From the NCBI GenBank assembly GCA_965218095.1, contig OZ244587.1:833599-897598 (forward strand): a stretch of DNA of 64,000 bases. The letters run 5' to 3'. Positions 10,170-19,384 of this stretch are shown here, piece after piece. Numbering within the stretch: the stretch's first letter is position 1; every line of letters starts with the position of its first letter. The stretch comes from Candidatus Poribacteria bacterium (GTDB taxonomy: Bacteria; Poribacteria; WGA-4E; PCPOR2b). The position numbers and the translations under genes are program-made. The notes under the pieces were generated by a model. That model saw only the letters and a list, made by a program, of their open reading frames with translations. It was not told the origin of the DNA and ran no database searches.

Positions 10170-12026
10170 TCATGAATTACGTTTCGCTTTTGAGGAATTT
10201 CGTTTTTTGGGTTGAGATTGCTTTTTTGTCGGTAAGCTCTTAACAGGTTCTGCTTCGTCTGAGTCTTTCAATTTGGTGACATACTGTTGTCCGATTGTAA
10301 AAACATTGTTGCATAACCAATATAGAACAAATCCCGATGCCCAGTTATAAAAGAGAAAAACAAACAAGAGGGGCATAAACTGCATAATCTTTGCCTGTAT
10401 ATTGTCGGTGGCAGGGGGCATACCGCTCCCTGTTTTCTGTTGTAACCAGGTTGTTAAACCGTTGACAATTGGTAAAAAGCGCACAGCATTTCCAAGGAAA
10501 GGAATCGTAAAGGGAAGAGTGAATAGAACATCGGGAGCGGCTAAGTCGTCGATCCATAAAAAGAAGGGGGCGCCTCGCAGTTCAACCGCATTGCCAAGAA
10601 GCGAAAATAACGCCCAGAAAATCGGAATTTGTGGAATCCAGGGAATGCATCCACCCAATGGATTGACGCCGTGTTCTTTGTATAATTGCATTGTCGCCTT
10701 ATTGAGTTTCTGCGGATCATCTCGATACTTCTCACGGAGTTCCGTGATTAAGGGCTGTAATTTCTGCATCCTCTGCATGGACTTGTAACTCTTACGTGTC
10801 AGCGGATATGAAACCACTTTGGTCAATAAGGTCAGCAAGATGATGGCGATACCGTAATTTGGGATGATGCGCTCAAAACCGTTGAGCAGCCAGAGCATTG
10901 CCCAAACCACTGGCCAGAAGAAGCCGAAATCGATAATCTTGGTGAGTCGGATTGGTACTTCCGGGGCGCCCGGACCTTCAATTCCTTTCAGAATTTTGTC
11001 TTCTTTGGGACCGACATAGATCCGAAATAGATCAGCCCGGCTTTGGTGAGAATCCAGGGAGAAACCGGGGATGATGAGGCTTGCCGCTTCCGATGGGGCG
11101 GTAATATCCATCGGCGCCATTTCCCCGTTGTCCTTGAGGATTTTGTACGCATATTGCGCCGCAAGCTGCGGATCTGGAATCATGATCGCGGCGAAATACT
11201 TGTTATTCAGACCTGCCCATAAGACAGTCTCCGTAAGCTGGGATTCCTCTAATTCTTTGACCGGTTTACCAAACCCTGTATAGGCTTTGGCTCCTTCGCT
11301 TTTCGGATTGTGCTGCCCACGTTTGCCGGTGTTGCGTTCATGGGGGAGAAGGTCTGCATTGATTCCAGGTCCCCAGCGGAGTTTATATCCGCTGCGATTA
11401 TCACTCATCGTATCAAGAGAAATTAACGGTTGATCGGATAAATTTTGAAAAGTCAATTCGAGGTCAACGTAGTAGCTATCCCAGTAAAACGTAAATTTCT
11501 TCAAAACCTTCAGGTCTTTTCCGATTTGCGTGCTGAATGTGAGGGTGCCTCGCGGATTTCGATCTGTGAGAACAAGTTCTGTCTTGTCGGCTTTCCATGT
11601 CGCCCCCATCGCATCGTGCTCCAATCCCGGGTTAAAAAAGCGAACTGACAGACAGTTTTGGGCTGTTACGGGGATCAGGTTAATCGACGATTCACCATCA
11701 CCTGATCGGTCTGGATATTCTTTAAGCATCCATTTGTGAGCGTAGGCAAATCGTCCAACCGAAAAAATAACATCATATTTTCCAGTTTCAACATGAACCT
11801 TTTCGCCTTGCTCCCAATCGGGCGTCGATTCCTCCGCTGACGCAGAAAATTCCTGATCGATTGTTGGTTCATCGGATGGTAAGGGTGAGGCTTGATCCGG
11901 TCGTTCAGTGGTTTGCTGAGTTGGTTGCGGACGATTCGGACTTGGGAGATTTCGACTATAAAACCAACTCCAGCCAAACATCACAACGATCATGAGTACG
12001 AGTGCTAAGATGTAACGTTTCTCCAT
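10170..12026 (-). CDS. yidC: Membrane protein insertase YidC (long form)
   Basis: 618 aa. N-terminal TM and periplasmic domain; C-terminal 60-kDa insertase core (KMQKLQPLITELREKYRDDPQKLNKATMQLYKEHGVNPLGGC); basic tail. Confidence 0.93.
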   Translation of the reverse strand: MEKRYILALVLMIVVMFGWSWFYSRNLPSPNRPQPTQQTTERPDQASPLPSDEPTIDQEFSASAEESTPDWEQGEKVHVETGKYDVIFSVGRFAYAHKWMLKEYPDRSGDGESSINLIPVTAQNCLSVRFFNPGLEHDAMGATWKADKTELVLTDRNPRGTLTFSTQIGKDLKVLKKFTFYWDSYYVDLELTFQNLSDQPLISLDTMSDNRSGYKLRWGPGINADLLPHERNTGKRGQHNPKSEGAKAYTGFGKPVKELEESQLTETVLWAGLNNKYFAAIMIPDPQLAAQYAYKILKDNGEMAPMDITAPSEAASLIIPGFSLDSHQSRADLFRIYVGPKEDKILKGIEGPGAPEVPIRLTKIIDFGFFWPVVWAMLWLLNGFERIIPNYGIAIILLTLLTKVVSYPLTRKSYKSMQRMQKLQPLITELREKYRDDPQKLNKATMQLYKEHGVNPLGGCIPWIPQIPIFWALFSLLGNAVELRGAPFFLWIDDLAAPDVLFTLPFTIPFLGNAVRFLPIVNGLTTWLQQKTGSGMPPATDNIQAKIMQFMPLLFVFLFYNWASGFVLYWLCNNVFTIGQQYVTKLKDSDEAEPVKSLPTKKQSQPKKRNSSKAKRNS

Positions 12027-12198
12027 TAAAAAATCTCCTCATGGAAGAAAGGTAATAGACGTCTGGGGATGGCTTCCAAGAAAGTTAGCTTGACACCTGT
12101 TGCACCCTTTGAAAAATCCCGTTGTCCGTCAATTACGCATTGCATATTTCGTATTGGGTTGTGCGCAATATGCAATATGTTCTACGCAATATGATCAG

Positions 12199-13040
12199 CT
12201 AGGTTCTGTTGACATTTGAGTATAAGGTTGTGGCATAATAGAAGAATGATGCCAATAATCTTACCCGATGACCAATGGAAAAAGATATACTCGTTTCTTC
12301 TAACTTGTCCCAACATCTATGTTGGCAACGAAGCGACAACACGCCGCTTTATCGAAGCTGTTCTCTGGGCGACCCGTAGCGGTGCTCAATGGAGACTTCT
12401 GCCAGACACCTATGGTAAATCGAACACCCTCTATAAGCGTTTTGCTCGGTGGTGCGACAAAGGGGGCTTCACACAGATGCACCACCACTTCGCCTCTGAC
12501 CCCGATATCGAGTCGCTTATTGTGGACAGTACAATCATTCGAGCGCACCCGTGTGCGGCGGGCACCTTAAAAAGCTGGCACCTTAAAAAAAAGGGTGGCA
12601 CTGAAAACCAAGCGTTAGGTCGCTCTCGCGGGGGATTCAGTACAAAAATTCACATCACAGTTGACGGCCTGGGTAATCCCCTAAGAATTCATCTGACCCC
12701 CGGTCAAAGAAACGACATAGCAGAAGCAGAAGGGTTGATACTTGGATATAAAAGCGAGTATGTGATTGGAGACAAGGGATATGACTCCGACAATTTTATC
12801 GCGGTTATTGAGGCGAATGGAGCGATTGCGGTGATACCGCCCAAAAGTCATCGTGTGGATCAAAGAGATTACGACAAACATCTGTACAAAGAGAGACATC
12901 TGGTTGAATATTTCATTAACAAGATAAAATGGTATCGCCGCATCTTCTCTCGGTTCGAGAAGTTAGCTATCCGTTATTTTGGATTTCTCAGCTTTGTCGC
13001 CACTCTTATATGGCTCCCTTGAAATGTCAACAGAACCTAG
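12199..13040 (+). mobile_element. IS5-family insertion sequence, copy A (intact), inserted between yidD and yidC
   Basis: Terminal inverted repeats ctaggttctgttgacattt ... aaatgtcaacagaacctag flanked by CTAG on both sides. Encodes a single 268-aa DDE transposase. A TTGACA-N17/19-CATAAT outward/inward promoter lies in the left end. Confidence 0.85.
12216..13022 (+). CDS. IS5-family DDE transposase (N-terminal DUF4096-like region plus DDE_Tnp_1), orfA-orfB fused
   Basis: MMPIILPDDQWKKIYSFLL...VDSTIIRAH (first D) ... GDKGYDSDN (second D) ... VEYFINKIKWYRRIFSRFEKL (E/K). Relative to copies B and C it carries a 16-nt net insertion at the A-run that fuses the frames. Confidence 0.88.
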   Translation: MSIRLWHNRRMMPIILPDDQWKKIYSFLLTCPNIYVGNEATTRRFIEAVLWATRSGAQWRLLPDTYGKSNTLYKRFARWCDKGGFTQMHHHFASDPDIESLIVDSTIIRAHPCAAGTLKSWHLKKKGGTENQALGRSRGGFSTKIHITVDGLGNPLRIHLTPGQRNDIAEAEGLILGYKSEYVIGDKGYDSDNFIAVIEANGAIAVIPPKSHRVDQRDYDKHLYKERHLVEYFINKIKWYRRIFSRFEKLAIRYFGFLSFVATLIWLP

Positions 13041-13044
13041 TATA

Positions 13045-13254
13045 TTACTTGAGGGGATGGTAGCCGCCGGGGTGATAAGGATGGCACTTTGACAGGCGTT
13101 TAAGCGTCAGCCAGCCCCCTTTCAAAACCCCATGCTTCGTGATTGCTTCGAGGGCGTATTGGGAGCATGTTGGATAGAACCGGCACGTCGGCGGAAAGAG
13201 CTGTGAAATCAGTTGACGATAGCAGTGGATGGCATAAATCAGCAATATTTTCAT
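13045..13254 (-). CDS. yidD: Membrane protein insertion efficiency factor YidD
   Basis: [31 protein letters not shown]...[11 protein letters not shown]; 69 aa. Confidence 0.9.
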   Translation of the reverse strand: MKILLIYAIHCYRQLISQLFPPTCRFYPTCSQYALEAITKHGVLKGGWLTLKRLSKCHPYHPGGYHPLK

Positions 13255-13272
13255 AGCGTTAAGGAAGCCGCT

Positions 13273-13656
13273 CTAAGTTTTGAGGACATTGGCTTGCTGT
13301 AGAAGTTGCAAGAGTGAGGCTTGGACTTGCTGGCACTTCATACCAACCGCCGCAGATCTACCGACCACAATAATATCATATCTTGGACGAATTTGATGCT
13401 TTGATAATCTGAAGGATTCCCGAATCAGGCGTTTGAGGCGATTTCGTACGACGCTTTTCCCTACTTTCTTACTGACGGTGATTCCGAGACGGGTGCAACT
13501 TAGAGACTGCCTGAAAACGTATATAACAAGGTAACGATTCCAATACTTCTTTCCTCTTTTATACCCTCGTTGAAATTCCCAGCGATGCGTGAGTCGTTCG
13601 GGATGAACCTGGTGTGCCATAACTAAAATCTTTTGAGTCGAAGCCGTTCCTCCCAT
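13273..13656 (-). CDS. rnpA: Ribonuclease P protein component
   Basis: LGITVSKKVGKSVVRNRLKRLIRE. Start uncertain: M1 at 13656 or MAHQ at 13610. No rpmH upstream. Confidence 0.85.
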   Translation of the reverse strand: MGGTASTQKILVMAHQVHPERLTHRWEFQRGYKRGKKYWNRYLVIYVFRQSLSCTRLGITVSKKVGKSVVRNRLKRLIRESFRLSKHQIRPRYDIIVVGRSAAVGMKCQQVQASLLQLLQQANVLKT

Positions 13657-14291
13657 TGCTGTCCGTCAATCTGTCCGTGAAGATAAGCCCTATAATTTGC
13701 GACTTGAGCCTCTAAACTCATTTGCGGTGTTCCATCTTCTTCTTCTGCAATTCCTCGTATAACATCGATTGTATTCTCCTGCATCTGCGCCCCATGCACA
13801 ATCGCACAAATCATCAGGAATTCTTCCTTGATTGCGCGGTCCGAAAACGCACGAGGAATAAAGTTGAGCAGCACAATATTTTGTTTACCCTCAAGACGAC
13901 CATTCTTCAGCCGCCAGTGGATAACCCGAATTTGTTTCTCAACAAAGAGTTGACGCAATGCTTCTTGCTGTAGTGAAATCGGTGCCTTAGGCGCCGCAAC
14001 ATCAGTTGGTTGATCTATTGCCTGTGCATCCGGAATGTCGTAGGGAACAAAACCAAGTAACTCTGCAGGCGGTTTGCCAACTTCAAATGCAATCACAAGG
14101 GGCTTGGTGTTCTCAGGATGACGAATCACTTCATAGGGCATCCGTCCGGTTTCCCGTCGGTTGTATTTCCCCCACTCTTCCATTAGGGCGAACTGGAAGT
14201 AATAATCCTCTGGTGTTTGTAGTGTGCAAGCCAACAACAGAAAAGGAAAACTCAAAAGCAAAAAACAGGTTTTGTTGACTGAAGATTTCAT
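13623..14291 (-). CDS. Hypothetical lipoprotein
   Basis: Start at MKSSVNKTCFLLLSFPFLLLAC (lipobox LLAC). Tightly packed between the HNH gene and rnpA. Confidence 0.6.
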   Translation of the reverse strand: MKSSVNKTCFLLLSFPFLLLACTLQTPEDYYFQFALMEEWGKYNRRETGRMPYEVIRHPENTKPLVIAFEVGKPPAELLGFVPYDIPDAQAIDQPTDVAAPKAPISLQQEALRQLFVEKQIRVIHWRLKNGRLEGKQNIVLLNFIPRAFSDRAIKEEFLMICAIVHGAQMQENTIDVIRGIAEEEDGTPQMSLEAQVANYRAYLHGQIDGQQWEERLRLKRF

Positions 14292-14295
14292 CAAC

Positions 14296-14829
14296 TCAGT
14301 TGATATACAGGTACTTTTTCCAGGATTCGTCATAAGATCGACCACCACGGCTTAGGTGCAGATAGGAGATGATTGAGGGTGCCTTAGGAGAACGCTTGGG
14401 AAACATCCGCGCTTCATGAGGCTTCCGATCTCCCTTGTTGGAGTTGCATCCTTTACACGCCGTCACGACATTTTCCCACGCCGTTGAACCTCCTCTCGAA
14501 CGCGGGACGACATGATCAATTGTTAGCGTTGATGGAGGAAAATGTTCATGACAATATTGGCATGTATATTTATCGCGCACTAGGACATTCTTACGTGAAA
14601 ACTTCACAACGCAGTGAGGGATATGGACATAATTCACCAAACGGATCACCAATGGCACTTTCATCGAAGTGGTTGGCGAGCGAATTTCCCGATCAGAAAA
14701 TTCCTCCGGGCATGCAACACCCTTGACGAGCATCTTCATTGCACGCTTTAAGTTACAAACGTTAATCGCCTCATAGCTTGCATTTAAGACAAGTACACTT
14801 GCTTCCATAACCCCTGCTCCAATTACCAA
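14296..14829 (-). CDS. HNH endonuclease-family protein
   Basis: CQYCH...DHVVPRSRGGSTAWENVVTACKGCNSNKGDR is a canonical HNH/zinc-finger nuclease motif. 4 nt upstream of the lipoprotein gene. Confidence 0.8.
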   Translation of the reverse strand: MVIGAGVMEASVLVLNASYEAINVCNLKRAMKMLVKGVACPEEFSDREIRSPTTSMKVPLVIRLVNYVHIPHCVVKFSRKNVLVRDKYTCQYCHEHFPPSTLTIDHVVPRSRGGSTAWENVVTACKGCNSNKGDRKPHEARMFPKRSPKAPSIISYLHLSRGGRSYDESWKKYLYIN

Positions 14830-14945
14830 TCTGAGTCTTCCAAATTGGATAAATTAATTTTATTGTAACACACCTGTCTTTGAACCTGCAAGCAAAATTC
14901 CATTCGTCATCCCTTGAGGGGCTTGATCTCAACGGATATTTCCTT

Positions 14946-14974
14946 TGACATACAAAGGGTTTGATGATAAAATC
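14946..14974 (+). promoter_or_regulatory. Sigma70-like promoter: TTGACA, 17-nt spacer, TAAAAT
   Basis: ttgacatacaaagggtttgatgataaaat lies upstream of the VWA gene. Confidence 0.4.
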
Positions 14975-15092
14975 GCAGCCAACGAGTCAAAGTGGACTCT
15001 CAGACAACAGGCCTCAGGAAGAACTCCGCTAATGCCTGATGCCCAGGTCCTGATACCTAACATCCTGATGCTTGAAACTCCGGTGAAATCCG

Positions 15093-16202
15093 ATGTATAA
15101 CCGAACCCGAACCAGACGACGCACAGGCATCTCATTTGTCATTTCCTTGTTTTTGCACCTCGTGGCAGTCCTTGTGGTCAGCATCAATTTTCCGCGATGG
15201 TATCAACTGCTGCCACCGCCGGAGCCAATCGTTGCAGAGCCCATCGAGGTGAAGCTTTATTCCCAACTTCTCCACCCGATAGATGTCAAGAAGCCTATCT
15301 CTCACGTCAATGCACAAATCCAACGTCACGAAAAACGTGCCCCTTCCACACCACGAGTCCCTCCAAAGACTCCAGTTGAGCAGGTGGTCCAGGTGAATCA
15401 ACCTGTACGGCTGACGGCAAATCCACCGAGCACGACTGCACAATTACCACCTACGCCAGACGTTTTGCTTGCAGAGGCATTCACAGATGACTGGCGTCTG
15501 CAAGACTCAATTGGTGAACCCCTGGAAACCATAGTCGAATCCCCTCAATCTCTTAACCTCGAAATCGAGCGCGACTTTTCACAAAAACAAGAAACGGAAG
15601 AACAAGCGCTACAAACCGACGGTGATGAGGCGCAACCGCTCGATCGTGATGCGCAGATTGCATCCACACTGCAAACAATCGCTGGTGGCATCGCGAGTGG
15701 AAGGGGTTCACTGCCCGTGGATATTGTCTTTCTATTGGATGTGAGCGGAAGCATGGAGGATAACATTCGCGCGGTGGGGAGGCATCTAATCAACATGGTG
15801 GACATTTTTCAAGAAAGTCAATTGGATTTCACGGTGGGCGTTGTCAAATTCAAGTATTCTGCGCTGATCTTTCCACAAACGAAGGATTATCAAAAGTATG
15901 AGCGCTTATTAGAAAACATGGAGTGTGGTGGGGATGAGCGGGCTTATGACGCCATCGCCAAATCGATTGCACGGGTAAAATTCCGTCCGGAGGCCCGACG
16001 GCGTTTCATCCTCGTCACCGACGAGCCGTTCAAAGGATCTTATACAATTCAAGAAGTGTTGAAACGTTGCCGGGAGGCGGGAGTCACGGTGGACGTAATT
16101 GGGGGCGTAATTAACGCCGACGATCCACTCAAAGCTAAACGTGAGCAAAAGGCTCTAGCGAGTCAAACCGGTGGGATGTGGTTTCCGATACCGGGGACCT
16201 AA
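15093..16202 (+). CDS. Membrane-anchored von Willebrand factor type A (VWA) domain protein
   Basis: N-terminal TM helix, a Pro-rich linker, then a MIDAS motif DIVFLLDVSGSM with downstream VWA features. Confidence 0.78.
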   Translation: MYNRTRTRRRTGISFVISLFLHLVAVLVVSINFPRWYQLLPPPEPIVAEPIEVKLYSQLLHPIDVKKPISHVNAQIQRHEKRAPSTPRVPPKTPVEQVVQVNQPVRLTANPPSTTAQLPPTPDVLLAEAFTDDWRLQDSIGEPLETIVESPQSLNLEIERDFSQKQETEEQALQTDGDEAQPLDRDAQIASTLQTIAGGIASGRGSLPVDIVFLLDVSGSMEDNIRAVGRHLINMVDIFQESQLDFTVGVVKFKYSALIFPQTKDYQKYERLLENMECGGDERAYDAIAKSIARVKFRPEARRRFILVTDEPFKGSYTIQEVLKRCREAGVTVDVIGGVINADDPLKAKREQKALASQTGGMWFPIPGT

Positions 16203-16855
16203 TCTGCAATGGTTTTCCCATCTTCGATGCGAATCACGCGCTTACCAAGTTGTTGGACGAGCGCGAGATCATGCGTTGCAACCAATACCGTTGTACCACG
16301 GAAGTTGAAGCTCTCAAAGAGGTGCATAATTTCGAGCGATAACTTTGGATCCAAATTACCGGTCGGTTCGTCAGCAAGGACGAGTACCGGGTCATTTGCC
16401 ATTGCCCTGGCGATGGCGACACGCTGTTGTTCACCCCCCGAGATGTCTTCTGGCATCGCGTTTCTTCGATGGACAAGGCCCATCTGATGAAGGAGTTGAT
16501 TGACCTGCTGCCGAATTAGAGATCGCTTTGCTCCCGTCACCTTCATGGCGAGAGCGATGTTTTCTTGAACTGTTTTATTGGGAAGGAGCTTAAAGTCCTG
16601 AAAGATAACGCCCATTCTCCTGCGCAGGTGGGGGATTTGTGAGCGAGAAATTTGGGCGAGATTTTTCCCGGCGAGGACAATGTGACCCGAAGTCGGGACA
16701 AACTCCCGGTACAAGAGTCGAAGGATTGTTGTTTTTCCGGCCCCACTTGGGCCTACCAGGAAAACAAACTCCCCTCTCTTTACGTGAAAGCTGATTTCGT
16801 GAAGGACTTCAATGTCCTCCTTATAACTTATGGAGACATTGTAAACTTGGATCAT
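16199..16855 (-). CDS. ftsE: Cell-division ABC transporter ATP-binding protein FtsE
   Basis: MIQVYNVSISY...GPSGAGKTT (Walker A), LSGGEQQRVAIARA (signature), Walker B/H-loop. 218 aa. No ftsX adjacent. Confidence 0.88.
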   Translation of the reverse strand: MIQVYNVSISYKEDIEVLHEISFHVKRGEFVFLVGPSGAGKTTILRLLYREFVPTSGHIVLAGKNLAQISRSQIPHLRRRMGVIFQDFKLLPNKTVQENIALAMKVTGAKRSLIRQQVNQLLHQMGLVHRRNAMPEDISGGEQQRVAIARAMANDPVLVLADEPTGNLDPKLSLEIMHLFESFNFRGTTVLVATHDLALVQQLGKRVIRIEDGKTIAD

Positions 16856-16950
16856 TTTAACGTAAAACGCGATGCGTGCGTTCAAGAGTGCATAAGCCTC
16901 AAGACCTCAGTGAAGCCTATGAACTACCAATGAACCTCTAAACTACGAAT

Positions 16951-19239
16951 TTATTCATCACCCGGTAACGCTTCTGTGTAACCACACTCCTTATTGTGGC
17001 AGGCGAGACGATGTTCCTTCGTTTTTGTCGTTTTTTCAAGCAGGAACGGCACACCACACTTCGGACATGCCTTGTTCACTGGTTTATCCCATAGGACGAA
17101 GTTACACTTCGGGTAGCTACTGCAACCGTAGAAGACTTTACCGCGTCTACTGCGACGCTCACCGAGATAGCCGCCACAGCCCTCTTCGGGACAATCAACG
17201 CCAATGCTGATTGGCTTTGCGTTTTTGCACCTGGGATACGCCGAACAAGAAAGGAATTTCCCGCCGGCGCGGCTGGTTTTGATCGTCATCGGATTGCCGC
17301 ACTTGTCACAGACTTCATCGGTTGGTTCACTTTCAGCGGGCGGGGTATCGTCGGTCGTCAAACGCTTGATATTGCTGCACGCCGGATAGTTAGAACAACC
17401 GAGAAAGCGCCCATATCTGCCCCACTTGATGATCATTTTGCCGCCACATTTTTCACAGACTTCATCAGATTCTTCCTCCATTTCCTTGCGTGCTTCATAC
17501 ATTACATCTGGCGCCGCTTTTAAGGCGTGGCGAAAGGGTTGATAAAACGCGCTCAAGACGCCGACCCAGTCTGATTTTCCCGCTGCAATATCGTCAAGCT
17601 GATTTTCCATTTTCGCTGTAAACTGAACGTCAAGAATATCGGGAAATCCCTTGATTAGCAGTTGGTTGACGAGCTTGCCAACATCCGTCGGCTTAAAACG
17701 TCTCTCCTCCTTGACCACGTACTCTCGATCCTGAATCGTCGAGATAATCGCGGCATAAGTACTCGGACGACCGATTCCCTTCTCCTCCAGTGCTTTGACG
17801 AGGGGCGCTTCGGCATATCGGGGCGGTGGCTGCGTGAAGTGCTGTTTGGGGGTCAATTTGCGCAGATCAAGCTGTTCGCCAATCTCCAACATGGGCAGGA
17901 TGGCTTCCCCCTCCCCATTCCTACCGGTTTCATTGCGGTTATCGTCGCGCCCCTCCAGGTAGATTCTCATGAACCCATCGAACTTGACGATGGCTCCGGT
18001 TACGCGGAACAGGTACTTCTCAGCGGAAACATCAATCGTCGTCACATCTAAAATGGCGGGATTCATCTGACTGGCAACGAACCGTTTCCAAATCAGATCA
18101 TACAGTCGATACTGTTCAGGAGACAGGTGAGATTTCAATTTCAATGACTCAGGCGTCTGTTCAACAGTGGTTGGACGAATCGCTTCGTGCGCATCTTGTG
18201 CTCCCTGTTTGCTTCTGTAGCGCACAGGGTTGCTCGGAAGGTAATCCGCTCCGTAAGTCGCTTTGATGTATCCTCGCGCGTCTGTGAGTGCTTCCTCTGC
18301 AATGCGAGTTGAGTCGGTCCGCATGTACGTAATTAAACCGACGGAACCCTCAGCGCCGATCTCTAAACCTTCGTAGAGTTGCTGGGCAACCGCCATCGTC
18401 CGTCTGGCAGTGAACCTAAGTTTACGAGCAGCTTCCTGCTGCAAACTGCTCGTGATGAACGGTGGAACAGGTCTCCGTTTACGCTTCTGTTTCTTAATGT
18501 CTTTGACGATAAACGGCTTTGTCTTCGCGTCTTCAACGATTTCTTTTGCACGCGCTTCATCAATTGGGAATCCGTAGGTGCTGATTGAGCCCTTTTCAGA
18601 TTCAATCTGGAGCAACTTCGCGTCAAATGGGGGTGGCTTTTTCCCTTTCAGGTTCGCGGTAATTGTCCAGTATTCCTGGGGAACAAAGGCTTCAATCTCC
18701 GCTTCCCGCTCACAGATGAGTCGAACGGCGACAGATTGCACTCGTCCGGCACTTAATCCCGTTTTCACGCTACGCCACAAAATGGGGCTGATTTGATAGC
18801 CAACCAACCGATCCAGAACCCGTCGTGCTTGTTGGGAATCCACAAGCCCCTGATTGATCTGACCGGGATTATCCATTGCCGCTTGGATCGCTCCCTTTGT
18901 AATCTCGTTGTAAATGATCCGATAGATCGGCTTTTTCGAGTTTTTGAGTGTCTCAGCAAGATGCCAGCAAATCGCCTCGCCTTCGCGATCTGGGTCGGCA
19001 GCAAGGTAGATTGCATCGGCTTTGTTCGCTTCGGTCTGAAGTTCTTTGATAACTTTCCCTTTACCACGGATGGTGATATATTCCGGGGTAAATCCGTTCT
19101 CAATGTCCACAGCCAGCTTCTTTGCCGGTAAATCACGAATATGCCCCACAGAGGATTTCACAACATAATTTCGACCGAGAAATTTGTTAATCGTTTTCGC
19201 CTTCGCGGGTGATTCAACAACGACCAATGATTTAGGCAT
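16951..19239 (-). CDS. topA: DNA topoisomerase I
   Basis: 762 aa. Toprim domain MPKSLVVVESPAKAKTI; catalytic core; four C-terminal C4 zinc ribbons. Confidence 0.95.
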   Translation of the reverse strand: MPKSLVVVESPAKAKTINKFLGRNYVVKSSVGHIRDLPAKKLAVDIENGFTPEYITIRGKGKVIKELQTEANKADAIYLAADPDREGEAICWHLAETLKNSKKPIYRIIYNEITKGAIQAAMDNPGQINQGLVDSQQARRVLDRLVGYQISPILWRSVKTGLSAGRVQSVAVRLICEREAEIEAFVPQEYWTITANLKGKKPPPFDAKLLQIESEKGSISTYGFPIDEARAKEIVEDAKTKPFIVKDIKKQKRKRRPVPPFITSSLQQEAARKLRFTARRTMAVAQQLYEGLEIGAEGSVGLITYMRTDSTRIAEEALTDARGYIKATYGADYLPSNPVRYRSKQGAQDAHEAIRPTTVEQTPESLKLKSHLSPEQYRLYDLIWKRFVASQMNPAILDVTTIDVSAEKYLFRVTGAIVKFDGFMRIYLEGRDDNRNETGRNGEGEAILPMLEIGEQLDLRKLTPKQHFTQPPPRYAEAPLVKALEEKGIGRPSTYAAIISTIQDREYVVKEERRFKPTDVGKLVNQLLIKGFPDILDVQFTAKMENQLDDIAAGKSDWVGVLSAFYQPFRHALKAAPDVMYEARKEMEEESDEVCEKCGGKMIIKWGRYGRFLGCSNYPACSNIKRLTTDDTPPAESEPTDEVCDKCGNPMTIKTSRAGGKFLSCSAYPRCKNAKPISIGVDCPEEGCGGYLGERRSRRGKVFYGCSSYPKCNFVLWDKPVNKACPKCGVPFLLEKTTKTKEHRLACHNKECGYTEALPGDE

Positions 19240-19303
19240 GATTCAGTCTCCAAATGATTACGGTTATAAACGTTCTGATAAAATGGAATAATGCTACGTC
19301 GTC

Positions 19304-19327
19304 CTAGGTTCTGTCAACAGAACCTAA
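19304..19327. repeat. 24-bp palindrome made of fused IS5-family terminal repeats (a solo-IR excision footprint or an internally deleted IS)
   Basis: ctaggttctgTCAACAGAACCTAa is the first about 10 nt of the IS left end joined to the last about 14 nt of the right end (7-bp arms gttctgt/acagaac, 2-nt spacer), flanked by ctag/ctaa. Confidence 0.7.
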
Positions 19328-19384
19328 TGCGTGAGATGTGAAATGTGATAAATGCAATTACAGTTTCCAATTTTTTTGAACCAC

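Noticed and set aside
17662-18051. 129-aa plus-strand ORF and several other plus-strand ORFs within 16951-19239
   Set aside because: Antisense to topA.
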